From a virus (Duplodnaviria > Caudoviricetes), in IMG/VR virus record IMGVR_UViG_3300011434_000014, positions 1-39,142 of that record: a DNA stretch of 39,142 nt. The stretch is one strand, 5' to 3'. This document shows, piece after piece, positions 33,927 to 39,142 of the stretch. Each line of letters opens with the position of its first letter. Within the stretch, counting starts at the first letter, position 1. A program made the translations under genes and the position numbers. A model generated the notes under the pieces. That model was not told the DNA's origin, made no database searches, and was given only the letters and a program-made list of their open reading frames with translations.

Positions 33927-34939
33927 GCTGTATTTGCCTCTGTATCTGGAAACTCTGTTATACGAACTGTATAACCATAGTCATCGCCCGGTTCTGCTGT
34001 TAATGGGTTTGGTGTCACAACGATTTCGGCCAGCTTGATTGGCCGTGCATCGAAGCTTGCAATGGTGTATGCCGCATTGGTCGAGACCGCACGAATTGTA
34101 TTATTTATCGCAAAGTTGCCTTGTGCGCCGCCAATCATCAATCTGTGCGAGCCTTCTTCCCATTTCAGCACGATGCCATAGGCGCTGGCCGTGTCGAAAT
34201 TGCTGCCCTGGTATATGGTATCTGAAATTTGAAAGGTGCCGTTGTTGCCCCGGTCGAGCTTCATCTTGATCACATAGCCAGTAACCAAGCTGGGGTCGTT
34301 GAAGATATTGGCGATGGCCTTGCGAATAATCTTTGGCGTAGTGATAGGACCGAAGAAATAGCCCTTCATGGTGAAGTTCAGTGTCCAGTATACAAACCTT
34401 GTCGTATCGCGTGGTCCCTCGTAAATAATTTGCTGATCGAGACCGTTAAGCGTAATTGGAATGTCTTTCATGAACCCAAGATCGGGAATGGGTGTAACAG
34501 TTACCGTGTAGGTTGGATTGAAATAGGGAAAAATTTGTTCAACAATCTGATTGCCGTCATCAATATTCTTGGCATATACAGTCAATTGAAAATCGATATT
34601 GTACGGTGCGCCCATGTATTGCGCTGAAACACGCGAGGCATTGTCTCCTTTGGCCACACGCAGCAAAGTGTTCTGTGCTCGCTCGGCATCCCTGGTAATA
34701 TTGGTAATTTCGAATGACATCCTTGGCAAGATGTTCTGCAGTTCACGGAACACATCAGGATCAGAACTTAGGCGCGTCACCCAATGGTCCTTTGGTCCAT
34801 ATAGAATTGGTACCTTGAAGCGCGTCAGTTCATTGGTGTCTTCATCAGTATGCACAACAGTAATGTCGTCGAAGTGCGCGCCAAACAGGATCACATATCT
34901 TCGCAGCAGTTTGAAATAGAATGGTACGGCTGACATCAT
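33923..34939 (-). CDS. gp15: tail sheath stabiliser/terminator gp15 with C-terminal extension
   Basis: FY...RRYVILFG, VPILYGPK, LPRMSFE, QIVEQIFPYFNP, DIPITL, WTLNFTMKGYFFGP. Confidence 0.93.
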   Translation of the reverse strand: MMSAVPFYFKLLRRYVILFGAHFDDITVVHTDEDTNELTRFKVPILYGPKDHWVTRLSSDPDVFRELQNILPRMSFEITNITRDAERAQNTLLRVAKGDNASRVSAQYMGAPYNIDFQLTVYAKNIDDGNQIVEQIFPYFNPTYTVTVTPIPDLGFMKDIPITLNGLDQQIIYEGPRDTTRFVYWTLNFTMKGYFFGPITTPKIIRKAIANIFNDPSLVTGYVIKMKLDRGNNGTFQISDTIYQGSNFDTASAYGIVLKWEEGSHRLMIGGAQGNFAINNTIRAVSTNAAYTIASFDARPIKLAEIVVTPNPLTAEPGDDYGYTVRITEFPDTEANTA

Positions 34940-34942
34940 TGG

Positions 34943-35812
34943 TTAGCTGCGCCCCAATGGGTTGTTGTCAGGCACGATAAACACATCAGCCTCGGTATCG
35001 ATTTTCTTGTTGTCAAACAGATCATACAGCACCTTGATGCCATAGTCGTCAATGCTATCGACAATCTGACCATTGGCCCCAGATACGGTGCCATGTAGAC
35101 TGATGGTATTCGAGAAAACGCCTTTCACTTCCATCAATGAAATCGAACCATTGGCCGACACCCAATTACTGACGGTCGCTGCCGCCGACGAGTAAGCCAA
35201 GTTAGACCCTTGATAGACACGTTCACCCATGAAGAAATCGGTGTCGGCACTCACAGTGAAATTGATCGTGTACAAATAATTGTCGTTGATTTTGTCGATT
35301 GTTTCCACCCCAGTATCGACCTTTTCGTTACCATAACGGAACGTCTCGCATTCCATTTGATAAACGTATGGGAACTTGTTTCCGTGAGTGAAGAAAAACA
35401 CTTCGTCTTCAACGAACACAATTTCTAATATCTTATTGAAAACAGGCACAAAAATCAGATCGCCTTCGTTTGGTCTGATGGCAATGGAGCTTGGCACGTA
35501 TTTTTCGAAGGTGCGTTTGGTGACGGTTAGCGTGGCGTTTTCGCGAATTTCTGCGCCGAATTTTGAAAAGAATTCCTTGTCGCCGCCCCAGTCACTGATA
35601 TTGCCCAGGTACATTTCTAGCATATATGCTCTCTCAAATCTTGACTGAATATTTTCGCCAAAAATCTGGTCAACTTCATCCCAAGCTTCACGAGGGAGAT
35701 AGTAGACATCGCTGCCATGAATGCGAATAGATTCACACAGCAAGTCTTCATACAAATTTTGTTCGCTGGTTTTGATGCTTGGTGTTTGCCTGAAATAGTG
35801 GTTGGTTGCGAT
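34943..35812 (-). CDS. gp14: neck protein gp14 (probable ATC start)
   Basis: EDLLCESIRIHGSDVYYLPR, FSKFG, RPNEGDLIF, FRYGNE; the frame extends upstream to ATC GCA ACC AAC CAC TAT TTC = (M)ATNHYF behind AAGGGGG. Confidence 0.93.
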   Translation of the reverse strand: MATNHYFRQTPSIKTSEQNLYEDLLCESIRIHGSDVYYLPREAWDEVDQIFGENIQSRFERAYMLEMYLGNISDWGGDKEFFSKFGAEIRENATLTVTKRTFEKYVPSSIAIRPNEGDLIFVPVFNKILEIVFVEDEVFFFTHGNKFPYVYQMECETFRYGNEKVDTGVETIDKINDNYLYTINFTVSADTDFFMGERVYQGSNLAYSSAAATVSNWVSANGSISLMEVKGVFSNTISLHGTVSGANGQIVDSIDDYGIKVLYDLFDNKKIDTEADVFIVPDNNPLGRS

Positions 35813-35824
35813 ATCAGCCCCCTT

Positions 35825-36568
35825 TTAACCCATTATGAACGCGCTGGGTTTCTCATATGTGGTTCTAATAATCTCTTCAATCTCTGAAATTTCTTGTACA
35901 CCTTCATCATACATCTGTTGCCCATTCATAGTTACGCCGCCGGGTAGTTGTATTCCTGCGAACTTTTTAAGATTTTGTCCCCACTGTTTCTTCATGTATG
36001 CGGCTACAAGTCGTTTCAGCATTCTGTCGTTGTAGACTTTTGGGACGGCTGTTGGGTCTAAGATGATATAGCCTTCAATGATGATCCATTCGTCTACGTC
36101 GATAATTCTATCCCAGTCCCAGTCTACGTACAATTTACTGGCATGGCGATTGAAGCGGATTGGCGTCTCACCAGTGAATAACATGTCCAAAGTGCGAATA
36201 TGCTGCTGAGTGAGCACATAAGGCACAAACGATGTGCTGGTGAAATCGTATAGCTCATGCAGTCTCAACTGATAGCGCAGATCGAACATATTCACGGAAG
36301 CATTGGTTGAACCCAACGGAAAGATGCGCGTCACACCAATAATATTGTCAGTAATGGGAATATATCTATTTGTCTTGTTTTCTGCACTGATTTGATATTT
36401 GAGATACCAACGCTCGACACCGTCGAAGTGGAAGTCTTGCCAGTATTGGAACGCTGAATCGATGGCATCTTCAATCTGATCATCATCTAGGTTGACATCG
36501 AGTACAGGCCAACCAAGTTGCCGCATGCACCAGTCTTTTAGCTGTTCTCTTGTAGCAGGAATAGACAT
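35825..36568 (-). CDS. gp13: neck protein gp13
   Basis: PATREQLKDWCMRQLG.PV..VNLDDDQIED, FHFDG, KKQWGQNLKKFAGIQLPGGVTMNG. Confidence 0.96.
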   Translation of the reverse strand: MSIPATREQLKDWCMRQLGWPVLDVNLDDDQIEDAIDSAFQYWQDFHFDGVERWYLKYQISAENKTNRYIPITDNIIGVTRIFPLGSTNASVNMFDLRYQLRLHELYDFTSTSFVPYVLTQQHIRTLDMLFTGETPIRFNRHASKLYVDWDWDRIIDVDEWIIIEGYIILDPTAVPKVYNDRMLKRLVAAYMKKQWGQNLKKFAGIQLPGGVTMNGQQMYDEGVQEISEIEEIIRTTYEKPSAFIMG

Positions 36569-36585
36569 TTATTCGAAATTCCTTT

Positions 36586-37089
36586 TTACTTTGGCCATCT
36601 TGCATTGTCGTCATAGTCATAAGGAATGGTTTTAAGTTGTTCGATTTTATTTGATGCGTCACGAACACTTTTTATCCAACCCCAGGCTTGAGAGAGCGTG
36701 TCTATTTCAGCATATTCTGCATTGGTCCAAGTACCTTTTTCTTTCCGTATGTTTTCTAACTCCATGCCACGCGCCACCATATTGATTTGTTTCCATTGAG
36801 GAAAGCGTTCAAGGATGCGCCGATTAGCTTCAAGCTTCACCGCTGCTTGTTGTTGCTCGCGTGGAAAATTTGCTATGGTATATCTGATCTTGACGACATC
36901 TTTACCGATATCAATGTCTGTAAGAACATGTCCAAGTTCGCCCCTGCATTTCGGCGTTTCACCTTCAATGACCGGTCTCAGTAATGGACCACCATCGGGG
37001 GCCTTTTTATGTGTTGCGATCTTGGTGATATCGTCTATGTGACGAAATTCTTCTACACTACCATTTTGAATATATGCATATTTGGCCAT
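36586..37089 (-). CDS. putative fibre-associated/assembly chaperone-like protein
   Basis: Start MAKYAYIQNG at ATG 37089; C-terminus VKLEANRRILERFPQWKQIN...W.WIKSVRDASNKIE...D..RWP resembles tail-fibre assembly proteins; follows a fibre gene. Confidence 0.55.
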   Translation of the reverse strand: MAKYAYIQNGSVEEFRHIDDITKIATHKKAPDGGPLLRPVIEGETPKCRGELGHVLTDIDIGKDVVKIRYTIANFPREQQQAAVKLEANRRILERFPQWKQINMVARGMELENIRKEKGTWTNAEYAEIDTLSQAWGWIKSVRDASNKIEQLKTIPYDYDDNARWPK

Positions 37090-37093
37090 GTTT

Positions 37094-38314
37094 TCAATCC
37101 GTTGCTGCATTAGTTGTAAAGTAAAGTGTAATACCATGAAGTCTAGCATCAACTGCTAATGTATCACTACCATCCGAAGGCGATCTCCAGACACGAAATG
37201 CTACCAAATCTTGTGGAGAAATCGATCCAGCAATAGTTATTGCTGCAGATTCGCCACCAATGTAAATAGTATTTGGATTACCACCAGTATCTCCAGTCCC
37301 TTGCGCTGCTCCAAACGGCACATCAATACCGTCTGCATCTGAGAATGCAACAGCATCAATTGCCCAAACAACGCCAAAATTTACTGATGTCGCTGCATGA
37401 GACCATACAGCACGAAAAGTTATTGTTCCTTCATTCCAAGATTCCGGCATTCGTATTGCAAATTCTGCCAATTCTTGTGTAACAGGATCAAAATCCAATG
37501 TTTTTATTTGATTTAGATAAATTGACGTTTGTATTTGACCTGAATAAGGACCATTTGTTATGCACGGTATCATAGCTAGAGAGGGAATCCAAATTGTTTC
37601 TCTGCCTGCAGTTTTGACAGCCTTAGTATTAAGCGTCATGGCAACGGTGCCGCCACCAGTACTGAAAAGATCAAATGTAGTCGTACCGGCTGCACTATTA
37701 TACACTCTAAATGCTTCATTATAAACATCGGTAGTCCAATCAGTGTGACTTCCTGCACCTTCCCATTGAAGTTCTCCACCTTCAGAAGTATCATCTTGTT
37801 TTAGTACCAAAACACTTGGTCCTATAGTAGTGACGGAATTAGCTTTAGCAAATGCTGCATTAGCTGTCACAAACGCGCCATTGGCTCGATAACCTGCACT
37901 ATCGCTTCCGGTATTGGCTTTACCAAACGCGGCATTGGCTATTATACCTGCGGTATCACCTGCCGTATTAGCTTTGGTAAACGCACCGATAGCTCGAAAA
38001 TTAGCATTATTAGCTTGAAGAAAAGCCCCATTGGCGACAATGCCTGGAACATCACCTGCTGTATTAGCTTTAGCAAAAGCGCCAATAGATTGTAAATTGA
38101 CGGTGTTGGCTTGAGTAAAAGCACCGATGGCCCTGAAATTGGCGGTATTGGCTTGAACAAAGGCCCCAATCGACTGTAAGTTTACAGTATTGGCTTTTGC
38201 AAATATGCTAACATCAATAGTTTCCATCTCATTGGTTTTACCAACAAGTTGATTGACTCTGTTCATCCAAGTCAAATAAGTGTCAGATAATGCTACATTT
38301 GAAAGTGCTGTCAT
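37094..38314 (-). CDS. virion fibre/whisker protein (wac-like position) with coiled-coil repeats and a beta-rich C-terminal head
   Basis: N-terminus LSNVALSDTYLTWMNRVNQL, 14- and 18-aa AFxxANT repeats, late promoter directly upstream, located before gp13. Confidence 0.7.
   Translation of the reverse strand: MTALSNVALSDTYLTWMNRVNQLVGKTNEMETIDVSIFAKANTVNLQSIGAFVQANTANFRAIGAFTQANTVNLQSIGAFAKANTAGDVPGIVANGAFLQANNANFRAIGAFTKANTAGDTAGIIANAAFGKANTGSDSAGYRANGAFVTANAAFAKANSVTTIGPSVLVLKQDDTSEGGELQWEGAGSHTDWTTDVYNEAFRVYNSAAGTTTFDLFSTGGGTVAMTLNTKAVKTAGRETIWIPSLAMIPCITNGPYSGQIQTSIYLNQIKTLDFDPVTQELAEFAIRMPESWNEGTITFRAVWSHAATSVNFGVVWAIDAVAFSDADGIDVPFGAAQGTGDTGGNPNTIYIGGESAAITIAGSISPQDLVAFRVWRSPSDGSDTLAVDARLHGITLYFTTNAATD
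37845..38205. repeat. degenerate 42/54-bp tandem repeats (ANTxNxxxIGAFxx / ANTAGDxxGxxANxAFxx)
   Basis: ANTVNLQSIGAF x2, AN(T/N)ANFRAIGAF x2 and ANTAGD x2 in the translation. Confidence 0.85.
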
Positions 38315-38337
38315 CAAGCTTTCCTTTTATATAATTC

Positions 38338-38345
38338 TATTTATA
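38338..38345 (-). promoter_or_regulatory. T4-type late promoter TATAAATA
   Basis: Exact consensus directly after the Gly-rich gene stop. Confidence 0.85.
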
Positions 38346-39014
38346 TTAGCCGCTAAATTCCCCATATTCCCAAATAACAATGCAGCCATCCCCACCATTG
38401 CCTCCATACGCGGAATTGTCTCCACCGGGTTCGGCACTATAAGACCCGCCGCCACCGCCACCACCGTACAGGCTACCCGCAGTACCAAATGCATCATCAA
38501 AGTTAGCTCCAGCCCCACCGCCACCGCAACGACTAGCGCCGCCATTACCTCCAGATAACGTGGCAGCTGCTGTATAACTTAGTCCATTTAGCCATTTTCC
38601 CGGTTCACCGTCTTCACCTGTAAGATTTATGTCACCGTTACTTGCCACACCACCAAGCCCCCCTGAACATCCCCAATAAACGTGATCGCCGCCATTCTGC
38701 CCCGCATTACCAGTAACTACTATTCCGTCTACTGTAAATGTTGATGAAGTTTGAGTGGCAATATATTCGTCATCTCCGCCATTACCAATTGTATAGGAAT
38801 ATGAAGTGTCTCCCGTCGTAGCAAATGTTTTTATAGCACAACCCCCTCCTCCTCCGCCGCCGCCACTTGAAACTCCCAAACCACCACCCCAAGAATTACC
38901 ACGAGCACCACCACCGACAACTTCAACCGTCATTAAAACTGTATTTGCATTTGTGGTGAAAGAAGTACCGCCAATTAATGTGATAACTCTTATGAGATAT
39001 AATGTATTTGCCAT
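38346..39014 (-). CDS. glycine-rich domain virion/tail-fibre protein
   Basis: VEVVGGG, GGGGGGGG, YTIGNGG, GGGGGG, GGNGGDGCIVIWEY: typical phage Gly-rich domain. Confidence 0.8.
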   Translation of the reverse strand: MANTLYLIRVITLIGGTSFTTNANTVLMTVEVVGGGARGNSWGGGLGVSSGGGGGGGGCAIKTFATTGDTSYSYTIGNGGDDEYIATQTSSTFTVDGIVVTGNAGQNGGDHVYWGCSGGLGGVASNGDINLTGEDGEPGKWLNGLSYTAAATLSGGNGGASRCGGGGAGANFDDAFGTAGSLYGGGGGGGSYSAEPGGDNSAYGGNGGDGCIVIWEYGEFSG

Positions 39015-39015
39015 T

Positions 39016-39142
39016 TTAGGTATATTCCCAAACGATAATTAAACCTTGAGCACCATTAGCACCTTCAGAACTAATCCCAGGAGCGCCCACTTTATATGCA
39101 CCGCCACCACCGCCACCGCCATAATTATGGCCTGGAAGTGCA
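39016..39142 (-). CDS. C-terminus of another glycine-rich domain protein (5' truncated)
   Basis: Manual translation ...ALPGHNYGGGGGGGAYKVGAPGISSEGANGAQGLIIVWEYT*, paralogous to the end of the next gene. Confidence 0.75.
   Translation of the reverse strand, partial: ALPGHNYGGGGGGGAYKVGAPGISSEGANGAQGLIIVWEYT

Noticed and set aside
37845-38205. Periodic repeats as a possible CRISPR array or DGR template
   Set aside because: Repeats are degenerate at codon third positions, in frame, with no unique spacers; no cas or reverse transcriptase gene is present
1-39142. tRNA/rRNA genes, introns or inteins in core genes, stop-codon reassignment
   Set aside because: No cloverleaf or rRNA-like sequence was noticed; gp17, gp20, gp23, gp46 and UvsW are uninterrupted and of normal length; all three stop codons end genes normally

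Overview
A 39-kb segment of a large T4-like (myovirus) dsDNA phage genome, almost all coded on the minus strand. In transcription order (right to left) it holds Gly-rich and fibre/whisker genes, neck gp13-gp14, gp15, terminase gp16-gp17, sheath gp18, tube gp19, portal gp20, prohead core and internal proteins, protease gp21, scaffold gp22, a GIY-YIG homing endonuclease, major capsid gp23, gp3, UvsY, UvsW, late sigma gp55, gp47/gp46, a vWA + MoxR/CobS-type AAA+ pair, an HTH gene, a glycosyltransferase, dNMP kinase, gp45/DsbA-like/gp44/gp62, RegA, dUTPase, a gp5-tip-like mini-protein and a PAAR protein. A Usg-like gene hints at an alphaproteobacterial host (inference). The most unusual signals are: (i) two VIP2/Alt-like ADP-ribosyltransferase-fold genes in the head module, both lacking the canonical catalytic Arg, at least one with a capsid-targeting-like N-terminus; (ii) apparent ATC and ATT start codons for gp14 and the PAAR gene; (iii) an antisense promoter followed by two GAA-triloop hairpins with tandem GA pairs upstream of gp55, a candidate origin or ssDNA element; (iv) a monocistronic HTH protein ending in an ssrA-like ALAA degron. 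All product calls come from motif recognition and synteny; no database searches were run.
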